This document shows positions 1 through 10,569 of a stretch of DNA of 32,000 nucleotides, one piece after another. Source of the DNA: Fastidiosibacter lacustris (GTDB lineage: Bacteria > Pseudomonadota > Gammaproteobacteria > Francisellales > Francisellaceae); contig NZ_QLIR01000004.1 in assembly GCF_003428155.1 (NCBI RefSeq), forward strand, positions 90,001-122,000, written 5' to 3'. The notes beneath the pieces are model-generated. The model searched no databases. It saw only the letters and a list, made by a program, of their open reading frames with translations, and was not told the origin of the DNA. Position numbers and translations under genes: made by a program. The stretch's first letter is position 1. Each line of letters opens with the position of its first letter.

Positions 1-11
1 TAGGTGCTTAA
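1..11 (+). CDS. Possible last codons of ATP synthase subunit c (atpE)
   Basis: In-frame ...GGT GCT TAA immediately upstream of atpF, where atpE is expected by conserved operon order; almost no sequence is available to test it. Confidence 0.35.
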
Positions 12-50
12 TTCAAAATAGGTCCTGAACATATCCACAAAGGAGAACTC

Positions 51-521
51 ATGGATATAAATATTACTCTAATTGGGCAGATGATTACTTTTATCATCTT
101 TGTCAGCTTTACAATGAAATTCGTTTGGCCACCGCTTAAAAAAGCGATGGATGATCGTAGAGCAAAAATTGCTGACGGTTTGGCTTCAGTTGATCGTGCT
201 GAAAAAGAGCTAGAAGTTGCTCGTAGAAAAGCAAATGAGTTGGTTAAAGAAGCGAAAGCACAAGCAACGAAAATTATTGAGCAAGCAAATATGCGTGCGA
301 TAAAAATTGATGAAGAAGCAAAAGAAACAGCAAGGTTTGATGCTGAACGTATTCGCAAAGCAGCACATGATGAAGCAGAGGCTCATATGCGTGCAATGAA
401 GCAAAAGCTCCGTAAAGAAGTTGTTGGCATCGCTGTTGCAGGTGCTGAAAAACTCATTGGTAAGAACATTGATATGGTCGCCAATAATCACTTATTGGAA
501 GAGATGGCGGCAGAGCTTTAA
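51..521 (+). CDS. atpF: ATP synthase F0 subunit b
   Basis: 156 aa; [38 protein letters not shown]-terminal TM then charged coiled-coil; SD AAAGGAG upstream; operon position. Confidence 0.97.
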   Translation: MDINITLIGQMITFIIFVSFTMKFVWPPLKKAMDDRRAKIADGLASVDRAEKELEVARRKANELVKEAKAQATKIIEQANMRAIKIDEEAKETARFDAERIRKAAHDEAEAHMRAMKQKLRKEVVGIAVAGAEKLIGKNIDMVANNHLLEEMAAEL

Positions 522-539
522 ACAATTAAGAGGTGACAA

Positions 540-1076
540 ATGGCAGACTTAATCCCTATTGCAAGACCTTACGCGCAAGCTGCATATGAATATGCTAAGG
601 CGCATAATTCACTTGCAAAGTGGAACAGCATGCTCTTGAACTTGTCTGAGTGCATAGTGAATGATGAGATTGTATTGCTACTGGATAATCCTGCCTACTC
701 TCAAAAAGAAGTTTCAACGCTGATATTGGATGTTCTTGCAAGTGGGTTAGACGAGCATGGTAAAAATTTTGTTATGATCGCTGCTGAACATAATCGTTTG
801 GCGATTATTCCAACCATCTATAATTTGTTTTTGTTATATAAAGCAGAAGATGAAAAGGCAAAGAAAGCAAAGTTTACGACTGCGTTTCCAGTCTTAGAAG
901 TGGAAATAGAGAAACTAAAAAAGAGGCTTGAGCAAAAATATCAGTGTGCAATTGAGGTAGAAATGGCAGTTGACTCAAGCTTGATTGGTGGCGCCATAAT
1001 TGTAATTGGCGATCAAGTGATCGATGGTTCGATTAAAGGCAAACTGCAAAAGCTGAAGTATGAACTACAAGCTTAA
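540..1076 (+). CDS. atpH: ATP synthase F1 subunit delta
   Basis: 178 aa; PIARPYAQAAYEYA N-terminus and C-terminal IGGAIIVIGDQVIDGSIKGKLQKL motif; operon position. Confidence 0.97.
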   Translation: MADLIPIARPYAQAAYEYAKAHNSLAKWNSMLLNLSECIVNDEIVLLLDNPAYSQKEVSTLILDVLASGLDEHGKNFVMIAAEHNRLAIIPTIYNLFLLYKAEDEKAKKAKFTTAFPVLEVEIEKLKKRLEQKYQCAIEVEMAVDSSLIGGAIIVIGDQVIDGSIKGKLQKLKYELQA

Positions 1077-1101
1077 TAAAAGATTAATAGGAAGATAGTG
1101 T

Positions 1102-2643
1102 ATGCAACTTACTCCAGCAGAAATTAGTGAATTAATAAAAGAACGAATTGCGAAATTTAACAATGCTCCACAGACAAAAACAGAAGGAACAATTGTCTCT
1201 GTTTCAGATGGCATTATTCGCATTCATGGTTTAAATGAAGTTGCCGCAGGCGAAATGATAGAGTTACCAGGAAGTGTTTATGGTTTGGCGCTTAACCTGG
1301 AGCAAGACTCAGTTGGTGCTGTTGTGCTTGGTGACTATGAACATATTCAAGAAGGGCAAAAAGCGTATTGTACAGGTCGTATTTTAGAGGTCCCAGTCGG
1401 TGAAGCACTCTTAGGACGTGTAGTGGACGCGCTTGGCAACCCAATTGATGGTAAAGGTGATATCAAAACAACAGCCACTTCACCTGTTGAAAAAGTTGCT
1501 CCTGGTGTGATTTGGCGTCAATCAGTTGATCAACCAGTGCAAACAGGTATTAAAGCGATTGATGCAATGGTACCAATTGGGCGTGGTCAGCGTGAACTTA
1601 TTATTGGAGATAGACAAACAGGTAAAACAGCTGTTGCAATTGATACTATCATTAATCAAAAAAGTACAGGCGTTAAATGCGTTTATGTAGCGATTGGTCA
1701 AAAAGCCTCTTCTGTTGCAGATGTTGTGCGTAAACTAGAAGAGCATGAGGCACTAGCACATACGATTGTTGTTGCTGCTAATGCTGCAGATTCAGCAGCA
1801 CTTCAATATTTAGCACCATATGCAGGATGCGCAATGGGAGAGTATTTCCGTGATCGTGGTGAAGATGCGCTTATTATTTATGATGATTTAACCAAACAAG
1901 CTTGGGCATATCGTCAAATTTCATTGTTATTGCGTCGTCCACCTGGACGCGAAGCTTATCCAGGGGATGTATTCTATCTACATTCACGTCTATTGGAGCG
2001 TGCAGCGCGCGTTAATGCTGAATACGTTAGAAAAGCAACAAATGATGAGGTACACGGTAAAACGGGTTCATTGACGGCATTGCCAATTATTGAAACTCAA
2101 GCAGGTGATATTTCTGCATTTGTCCCTACTAACGTCATCTCAATTACTGATGGTCAGATCTTTTTGGAAACCGACTTATTCAATGCGGGTATGCGTCCTG
2201 CAATTAATGCTGGAAATTCAGTGTCTCGTGTTGGAGGTTCAGCGCAAACAAAAATTATTAAGAAATTAGGTGGTGGTGTACGTTTGGCATTGGCTCAATA
2301 CCGTGAACTTGAGGCCTTTTCGCAATTTGCATCTGATCTGGATGATGCCACGCGTGCACAGTTAAAACGTGGTCAGCGAGTAATGGAGTTGATGAAGCAA
2401 AAGCAGTTTTCCCCGCTTAGCATTGCTAAAATGGCATTGTCCTTATATGCAGCTGAAAAAGGTCATTTGGATGAGCTTGAATTGAATAAAGTGGGTTCAT
2501 TTGAAGCAGTTTTACATGCGTTTGCTGAAAGCCAGTATAAGCCTTTAATGGATGAAATTAATACCCATTGTAATTACAATGATGAGATTGCTGCTCAACT
2601 TGAAAAAGTGATCACAGAGTGTAAGCAAACGCAGTCTTGGTAA
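1102..2643 (+). CDS. atpA: ATP synthase F1 subunit alpha
   Basis: 513 aa; Walker A GDRQTGKT; strongly conserved across its length. Confidence 0.99.
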   Translation: MQLTPAEISELIKERIAKFNNAPQTKTEGTIVSVSDGIIRIHGLNEVAAGEMIELPGSVYGLALNLEQDSVGAVVLGDYEHIQEGQKAYCTGRILEVPVGEALLGRVVDALGNPIDGKGDIKTTATSPVEKVAPGVIWRQSVDQPVQTGIKAIDAMVPIGRGQRELIIGDRQTGKTAVAIDTIINQKSTGVKCVYVAIGQKASSVADVVRKLEEHEALAHTIVVAANAADSAALQYLAPYAGCAMGEYFRDRGEDALIIYDDLTKQAWAYRQISLLLRRPPGREAYPGDVFYLHSRLLERAARVNAEYVRKATNDEVHGKTGSLTALPIIETQAGDISAFVPTNVISITDGQIFLETDLFNAGMRPAINAGNSVSRVGGSAQTKIIKKLGGGVRLALAQYRELEAFSQFASDLDDATRAQLKRGQRVMELMKQKQFSPLSIAKMALSLYAAEKGHLDELELNKVGSFEAVLHAFAESQYKPLMDEINTHCNYNDEIAAQLEKVITECKQTQSW

Positions 2644-2655
2644 TAGGAGAGTGTC

Positions 2656-4952
<2,297 letters not shown>

Positions 4953-4963
4953 AGGTGGATGCT

Positions 4964-5416
4964 ATGAATAATAAACTCATCCATGTTAATGTGGTTAGTC
5001 AAGAAGGCTCTGTTTATAAAGCCGAGGCTAAAATGGTTAGCTTACGTGGTTCAGAGGGTGAAATGGGTATTGCTTATGGACATACTCAGCTTTTGTCGAC
5101 TCTACCACCAGGTGTCGTCCGCATTGAACGTGAAAATGATGAAAGAGACACACTTTACATTTCTGGTGGTGTGCTTGAAGTTCAGCCTCACCAGGTCATC
5201 ATTCTTGCTGATGTGATGGAGCGTGCTAAAGATTTAAATGAAGCAGCTGCTGAGAAAGCACGTCAACAAGCACAAGAAGTATTAAATAAAGCCAAAGATA
5301 TGGATAAGCTTGAAGTGGAGGAGGCACGTCAAATGCTAGCTGAAGCGGAAGCACGTTTAAAAGCACTTAAAATCTTGAAAGGTGTTAATGCTTACTACAA
5401 CGACTCTGATCGTTAA
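4964..5416 (+). CDS. atpC: ATP synthase F1 subunit epsilon
   Basis: MNNKLIHVNVVSQEG...GEMGIAYGHTQLLSTLPPGVV. ATG at 4964 follows AAAGGTGG; the track start at 4955 is a GTG inside the likely SD. Confidence 0.93.
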   Translation: MNNKLIHVNVVSQEGSVYKAEAKMVSLRGSEGEMGIAYGHTQLLSTLPPGVVRIERENDERDTLYISGGVLEVQPHQVIILADVMERAKDLNEAAAEKARQQAQEVLNKAKDMDKLEVEEARQMLAEAEARLKALKILKGVNAYYNDSDR

Positions 5417-5452
5417 TGTTGTGAGAGTATTTATAAGGTAGTAGGTATTAAA

Positions 5453-5472
5453 ACGCTTTATCTAAAAAGCGT
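5453..5472. terminator. Putative stem-loop terminator between convergent atpC and the kinase gene
   Basis: ACGCTTT-atctaa-AAAGCGT, perfect 7-bp arms; on the minus strand the stem is followed by TTTTAATA. Convergent intergenic position. Confidence 0.4.
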
Positions 5473-5528
5473 CGATGTGTTAAGAGAGTCTGCAAAATCT
5501 TGAAACGAATGCTAATAAACCGAGCTTA

Positions 5529-6350
5529 TTAGCATGATGCCTGCTGTAATATCAAGATGTCGAGCAAGGTGTTTGGTTGCGGTCTATCTGCAAACTGCGT
5601 ATGCAAAGTGCCGACACTTGTGTAATTATCACTGTTGAGTTTACCAATCTGAAAGGTCAGACAATGTGCTTTTGCCCATAGGATTGCTTGCGTTTGAATG
5701 ACTTGAGTAGCTTTATCTTTTGCACAATCATAAGTAAGACTTTCAAAACGTATTGCCTTAGGATGTTTATTAGGATCAAGATCATATACTCCATCGACAT
5801 CTTTTAATAAAATACAACATTTAGCTTTAAGCTTATGAGCAATAAAAAGTGCGCTTAAATCAGAGCCGCCGCGACCCAGTAAACATGGTTCGTTTTTATC
5901 GTTATTTGCAATAAAACCAGGAACGACAATGACTTGTTGTAAAGCCAAAAGTGTGTTGAATGCTTTGGAATTTATGAACTTTGGTGTGGCATCGTTGTAG
6001 TCACCTTCAGCGATAATAGGGTTAGTAATGAAATCTGCTGGAATTGTTTGTTGTTGAAGTTTCTGAGTCAGATAAGCAACAGATTGCAATTCTCCAGTTG
6101 AGAGCAAAAGAGCATGTGCTTTGGTACTTACTTGAGTTTTTGTGCATACAAAAGTTTGCTCGGATCTAATCAGGTTGTCAGTGGTATTGCCGATAGCAGA
6201 AACAACGGCAATAACTTTATATTTTCTATCGAGAAAACGTTTAATTTCTGTTACTGCATTACAAAAACAGTCAAGTGATTTTAAAATAGAGCTGCCAAAC
6301 TTTAAAACGACGATTTCAGGTGGGAAACTGCTACAGCGATATTGAGTCAT
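5529..6350 (-). CDS. Aspartokinase-like amino-acid kinase catalytic domain, apparently without ACT domains
   Basis: VVLKFGSSILKS, VVSAIGNTTDNLI, LLSTGELQSVAYL, GRGGSDLSALFIAHKLKA, LLKDVDGVYDLDPN are aspartokinase motifs. ATG at 6350 has an upstream AAAGG; the track start at 6380 is a TTG. Confidence 0.85.
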   Translation of the reverse strand: MTQYRCSSFPPEIVVLKFGSSILKSLDCFCNAVTEIKRFLDRKYKVIAVVSAIGNTTDNLIRSEQTFVCTKTQVSTKAHALLLSTGELQSVAYLTQKLQQQTIPADFITNPIIAEGDYNDATPKFINSKAFNTLLALQQVIVVPGFIANNDKNEPCLLGRGGSDLSALFIAHKLKAKCCILLKDVDGVYDLDPNKHPKAIRFESLTYDCAKDKATQVIQTQAILWAKAHCLTFQIGKLNSDNYTSVGTLHTQFADRPQPNTLLDILILQQASC

Positions 6351-6354
6351 GTCT

Positions 6355-6510
6355 TTAAACCTTTTGTTTGTATGTTGCAACTGCCAAAACTTGATCTAAA
6401 TTCTGAATGATATTAAAAGGATCTTCAAGCCCAACAGACAAATGAGCAAGTCAGTAATCAATATCAAGTTTTTTGTGTCCTTTCTCGAAATGGGTTCATG
6501 TATCATTGTG
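6355..6510 (-). pseudogene. C-terminal remnant of a Cys/Met-metabolism PLP enzyme (cystathionine gamma-synthase / O-acylhomoserine sulfhydrylase type)
   Basis: Minus strand 6447-6355 translates AHLSVGLEDPFNIIQNLDQVLAVATYKQKV*, and another frame just upstream reads ATMIHEPISRKDTKNLILITDLL. Together, with a frameshift, they resemble the family C-terminus (...PATMTH..IP...R...GITD.L.RLSVGLED...LI.DL.QAL). Confidence 0.7.
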
Positions 6511-6623
6511 GCAGCTAAAGTTCAAAACTAGAAAGTCTTGAAAATGGTTCAAGTTGGGTATATTAAAATATAGGCATATGATAACATGCCGTGGATGAAT
6601 TTAATTAAACCTAAAGGTGAAAT

Positions 6624-7139
6624 ATGGCTAAAGGTACAATCAATAAAGTAATATTATTAGGGCGTTTAGGAGCGGACCCAGAAATTCGTTATATGCCAAG
6701 TGGGATGTCGGTTGCAAATTTACGCTTAGCAACAAATGATGGCTATAAGGATCGCCAAACAGGTCAGTTTATTGAAAACACTGAATGGCATCGTGTTGTT
6801 GTATTTGGTAAGCAAGCAGAAGTAATTTCGCAGTATACACAAAAAGGCTCAATCATTTATATTGAAGGTCGAATTCGCACTAACAAGTGGCAAGATCAAA
6901 ATGGTCAAGATCGTTATACAACTGAAATTGTTGCAACTGAAATACAATTAATTGGTGGTCGTGGAGATGGTCAAATTCAAGATTCAGCACCTGCTCAACC
7001 ACAGCAGTCTCAAGCACAATTTGCTCAGCCATCAGCGCAACCAGCAGCACCTGCATATAACCAACAGGCAGCTCAGAATCAAACGCCACCAGATATCAAT
7101 CAATTAAATGATTTTGATGATGACGAGATCCCATTTTAA
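6624..7139 (+). CDS. ssb: Single-stranded DNA-binding protein
   Basis: 171 aa; MAKGTINKVILLGRLGADPEIRYMPSG OB-fold N-terminus; Q/P-rich linker; acidic DFDDDEIPF tail. Confidence 0.99.
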   Translation: MAKGTINKVILLGRLGADPEIRYMPSGMSVANLRLATNDGYKDRQTGQFIENTEWHRVVVFGKQAEVISQYTQKGSIIYIEGRIRTNKWQDQNGQDRYTTEIVATEIQLIGGRGDGQIQDSAPAQPQQSQAQFAQPSAQPAAPAYNQQAAQNQTPPDINQLNDFDDDEIPF

Positions 7140-7141
7140 TT

Positions 7142-7744
7142 ATGCTAAATGAATTTATCACGCTAACAGCAACAGATTCCATTTATTGGGATATTAAATA
7201 TAGTCATAATGGGAATATTGTTGGACGCAAAATTAGCGGTTATTATGCAAATAAGTGTATGATGACGAAAAGTTGCTTTAGTGCACTGCAAAAAGTCACG
7301 GCTTCAGCTAAACGCTTAGGATATAGTTTATTAATTTGGGATGCCTATCGCCCTAAAAAAGCGGTAATCGATTTTTGGCACTGGTCTCAGAATTTAAGTG
7401 ATAATGGTACTAAAGCACAATATTATCCTAATTTGTCTAAGGGTGAGTTATTTGCCAAAGGCTATTTCAATAAAACCTCAAACCATTGTAGTGGTAGCAC
7501 AGTCGATTTAACATTAATAAACAAAAGTGGTAAAGAGCTTGATATGGGAACGTGCTTTGATTTTATGGATCCATTGTCACATCCACATAACTTGTGTGTT
7601 TCTAAAGTTGTGCAAGGTAATCGTAAACTTTTGCAAGGCATGATGATAGATGCAGGTTTTGAGCCAATAGACACTGAATGGTGGCATTTTCGCTTATCTG
7701 ATGAGCCTTTTGAAAATCAAATGTTTGATTTTGATATTATTTAA
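7142..7744 (+). CDS. D-alanyl-D-alanine dipeptidase (VanX/DdpX-type, M15D)
   Basis: SNHCSGSTVDLTLI (SxHxxGxxxD) zinc motif, LDMGTCFDFMDPLSH, EWWHF; LIWDAYRP motif. Confidence 0.9.
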   Translation: MLNEFITLTATDSIYWDIKYSHNGNIVGRKISGYYANKCMMTKSCFSALQKVTASAKRLGYSLLIWDAYRPKKAVIDFWHWSQNLSDNGTKAQYYPNLSKGELFAKGYFNKTSNHCSGSTVDLTLINKSGKELDMGTCFDFMDPLSHPHNLCVSKVVQGNRKLLQGMMIDAGFEPIDTEWWHFRLSDEPFENQMFDFDII

Positions 7745-7794
7745 ATTAGTATTGATCCATTAATTTGCTGATCAAAATAAGGATGTGAATCAGG

Positions 7795-8520
7795 ATGGGT
7801 AACAATGTTGAAATTAAAAAAAGCAAAGATTATCTGGAAGCGGTGTTGATGGACCAAGACAATTCAGCACTAGCTGAATTTTTGTTGCCAAATTGTTTGG
7901 CGTTAACCGACTATGGCATTGCCTTTGGTCAAGAAGAAATTGCAATGGATTTGAATTTTTTCTTCCAATCAATAGATGTTAAATCGATTAAATTCTCCGA
8001 ACAGATGCATTGTGCTGATACTACTATCATTACATTTTCGGAGCGCTGTCAACACATTGGTGAATTTTGCGGAGTGGAAGCCACAGGTAAAGATTTTATT
8101 TTTAATGCAACGATTGCACTTCGTTGGCAAGAAGGCAAGATTCGAGAATATTCATTAACTCCAGATGTGAATGGTATGCTCAATCAATTAACGGACAATA
8201 ATACAGCCACTAAAATTATGTTAGCTTTATCTGAATCAAATAATCGCTGTTACACCTTGTTGACCAAGTTGTATGCCTTAGTGCATGAAAAAGGACTGTG
8301 CTTAACCAAACAGCAACTCAAGTGCTTAGCATTACATTTTGAGGGCTATAGTGCTGTGGTCAGTGCACGTATTTTAAATTGTTCGATTGAGACGGTTAGA
8401 ACGCACATGAAAAATATTCGTGAGTTGTATCGAAACGGCTTTTTAGGTAATATTGAAAATTGGTTTAAACAGCAAGGTTTGTACAGCTATATGCGCCGCT
8501 ACGCTAAGCTTATGCGTTAA
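7795..8520 (+). CDS. LuxR-type HTH protein with N-terminal SnoaL/NTF2-like domain
   Basis: C-terminal LTKQQLKCLALHFEGYSAVVSARILNCSIETVRTHMKNI is LuxR-type HTH; N-terminal ~125 aa fits a SnoaL-like alpha+beta barrel pattern. Confidence 0.65.
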   Translation: MGNNVEIKKSKDYLEAVLMDQDNSALAEFLLPNCLALTDYGIAFGQEEIAMDLNFFFQSIDVKSIKFSEQMHCADTTIITFSERCQHIGEFCGVEATGKDFIFNATIALRWQEGKIREYSLTPDVNGMLNQLTDNNTATKIMLALSESNNRCYTLLTKLYALVHEKGLCLTKQQLKCLALHFEGYSAVVSARILNCSIETVRTHMKNIRELYRNGFLGNIENWFKQQGLYSYMRRYAKLMR

Positions 8521-8809
8521 TTGTAAGAAGTTTCTTACTCTGAATGAAGTATGCCGCCAAACTAGGTAAAAACTTGCATCTTCGACACTTTAGTCCTGAG
8601 TGTAAACTCCTTTTAGGAAAAGCAGGTAATATGGTTGAAGCTAATGTTTTAGAGGATCCAGATTATCATGTCGCTTCTAATAAATTGGGATAAAATATTT
8701 TGTAAATAACTTTAACATTACTTTAACATAAACATTATTTTTTTTAGGGACTCTGCTTTATATTCCTTATAAGATAAATCTCGGGTTAACAAAAATAAGG
8801 AACTTTTAT

Positions 8810-10204
8810 ATGCTGATCAAAAATAAACCGGTCACACTCACTTTCTTCATAACTCTCTTTCAAACTATGAGTACAGGAGTGATGTTTAGCTTAACTGTTT
8901 TGTATTTAACTTTATCACTTAATGTCAGTGAGGCAGAGGCATATATGCTTAACACTGCTTTATTCTCGCTATTTTACTGCTTACCGCTTATCTCTGGGAT
9001 GGTTGCTGACAAGTTTTTAGATGCCAAACGTACACTTATTATTGGACAACTTTTTAGTATCGTTGGTTTTTTCACTTTAGCGAGCATGGGCACCAATATG
9101 CTTGTTGTGAGTTTAAGCTGTATTGCCATTGGTGGGGCTTTTTACTTACCTAGCATCTGGAAGCTTTTGCATAGCTGCTTTCCTGAACACAATAGTAAGC
9201 GATCATATTATTTTACCGTTGCCTACATCAGCCTTGCAACAGGAGGGATGATTTCAACTTTTAGCTCTGGATTTATTGCGGATCATTTTGGTTATCATAC
9301 CGCTTTTTATATTGGTGGAATTTATAATGTCATCGCTTTAGTTTTGTTTATTTTATTTCACCGAATTTACCCACGCTCGTCCTATCAGTTTTCTTTAGCT
9401 AAAATCGGCTATAGCGTTTGTATACTTATCCTTACCTTTGCGGCTGTTCATTACCTTATTCAAAGACCAAACACTGCTGCGATGGTTATTTACATTGCTG
9501 CAATTGCACTATTTTTTTACTTTTTATATCTTGCCAAAACTGCCGATAATGCCAATCAAACAAAGGGGATTCTTAAGTTTGTAATTTTATGTTTAATCTG
9601 TGTGACTTACTGGAGCATTGCCACACTGTCGCAAACTAACATTACCTTATTCTCTCAATATAACCTTAATCGTTATATTTTTGGAATTATTTATCCAGCT
9701 GGTTCTGTTATTACTTTTTGGTATATCAGTATGTTTATCTGTGCCATTGCGGTCAGTACGCTATGGTATCGCAATATCAAGCACAATGCCTTTGATTTGA
9801 AATTTTTTATTGGACTTGTTGTCACTGCTATAGCAGGTATCACCATTCCTATCTCGATTGGCTTATCAGCCTCAGGCGCACAGGTTGCATTTTTCTGGAT
9901 CATTATATTTTTCTTTTTCTTGGGTTTTGGAGAAATTCTTATTCATCCAAATGGCAGTGCTGCCGCTGGAGAATATATCACAGAAAAAAACAGGGGATTT
10001 GCACTTGGTGCTTGGGAGTTTTCAAGTGGTTTAGGTGTTGCTATTTCAGGGAAGCTCTCAATACTTACTATTACTGATGATAAGCAAACAAATCTCTTGC
10101 TGAGTAATCAAGCTTATAGTCGCACTTTCCTGTATATCGCGATTATTTGCTTTGCTTTTGGGGTTGTGACATATCTTGTTAATCGGCTACTCAAAACGCA
10201 CTAA
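8810..10204 (+). CDS. MFS transporter, POT/PTR2-like
   Basis: 464 aa, about 12-14 TM segments; loop 2-3 motif GMVADKFLDAKRTLIIGQ; SD AAGGA upstream. Confidence 0.75.
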   Translation: MLIKNKPVTLTFFITLFQTMSTGVMFSLTVLYLTLSLNVSEAEAYMLNTALFSLFYCLPLISGMVADKFLDAKRTLIIGQLFSIVGFFTLASMGTNMLVVSLSCIAIGGAFYLPSIWKLLHSCFPEHNSKRSYYFTVAYISLATGGMISTFSSGFIADHFGYHTAFYIGGIYNVIALVLFILFHRIYPRSSYQFSLAKIGYSVCILILTFAAVHYLIQRPNTAAMVIYIAAIALFFYFLYLAKTADNANQTKGILKFVILCLICVTYWSIATLSQTNITLFSQYNLNRYIFGIIYPAGSVITFWYISMFICAIAVSTLWYRNIKHNAFDLKFFIGLVVTAIAGITIPISIGLSASGAQVAFFWIIIFFFFLGFGEILIHPNGSAAAGEYITEKNRGFALGAWEFSSGLGVAISGKLSILTITDDKQTNLLLSNQAYSRTFLYIAIICFAFGVVTYLVNRLLKTH

Positions 10205-10230
10205 GCGATACTTTATACGGATTTTTTATC

Positions 10231-10269
10231 AGCAGGAATCCCCTTCCTTTAGGGAGGGAGGATGTCAAA
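10231..10269 (+). mobile_element. Solo right-end-like sequence of an IS200/IS605 (IS1341/tnpB-type) element
   Basis: AGCAGGAATCCCCTTCCTTTAGGGAGGGAGGATGTCAAA: GC-rich hairpin CCCTTCC-ttta-GGGAGGG plus GAGGATGTCAA tail resembles IS605-group right ends / omegaRNA 3' ends. No tnpB in the window. Confidence 0.5.
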
Positions 10270-10293
10270 TCTGAGTATTGCGCGATTTTTACT

Positions 10294-10333
10294 AATATCC
10301 ACCAATATCCCCCGATATCCCCCAATATTTTGG
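10294..10333. repeat. Degenerate 10-bp tandem repeat
   Basis: aatatccacc / aatatccccc / gatatccccc / aatattttgg. Confidence 0.5.
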
Positions 10334-10418
10334 TATTACATTATATTTATGTTTTGTTATCATAGACCCAATAGCAGATGCTAGTAAATGTTGTTTTTGC
10401 GATGGGGGTCGACAAAGT

Positions 10419-10462
10419 ACAGCGTTTCTGAGAATATGCAATAGCATGTTTTCAGAAGCTGT
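10419..10462. repeat. Imperfect inverted repeat (hairpin)
   Basis: ACAGCgtTTCTGAGAATATG-caatag-CATGTTTTCAGAAGCTGT; 18-20 nt arms with a 2-nt bulge and two non-Watson-Crick positions. Confidence 0.6.
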
Positions 10463-10569
10463 CTGTGCTTTATGTATATGTTTGTAGATTATACGTATTT
10501 TTAAAGATAAAATTATAAGAATATGTTATACAATTTTATAAAAATTAAAAATACAGATGGAGTGACTAA

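Noticed and set aside
210-491. Minus-strand ORF (93 aa) inside atpF
   Set aside because: Antisense to a highly conserved coding gene; shadow ORF.
4983-5216. Plus-strand ORF (77 aa) in a second frame of atpC
   Set aside because: Out-of-frame shadow of the clearly coding atpC frame.
6537-6553. LexA box at ssb
   Set aside because: The palindrome is CTTGAA-N5-TTCAAG, not CTGT-N8-ACAG, so a LexA assignment is not supported.
9618-9903. ORFs on both strands inside the MFS transporter gene
   Set aside because: Alternate-frame or antisense shadows of a membrane protein gene.
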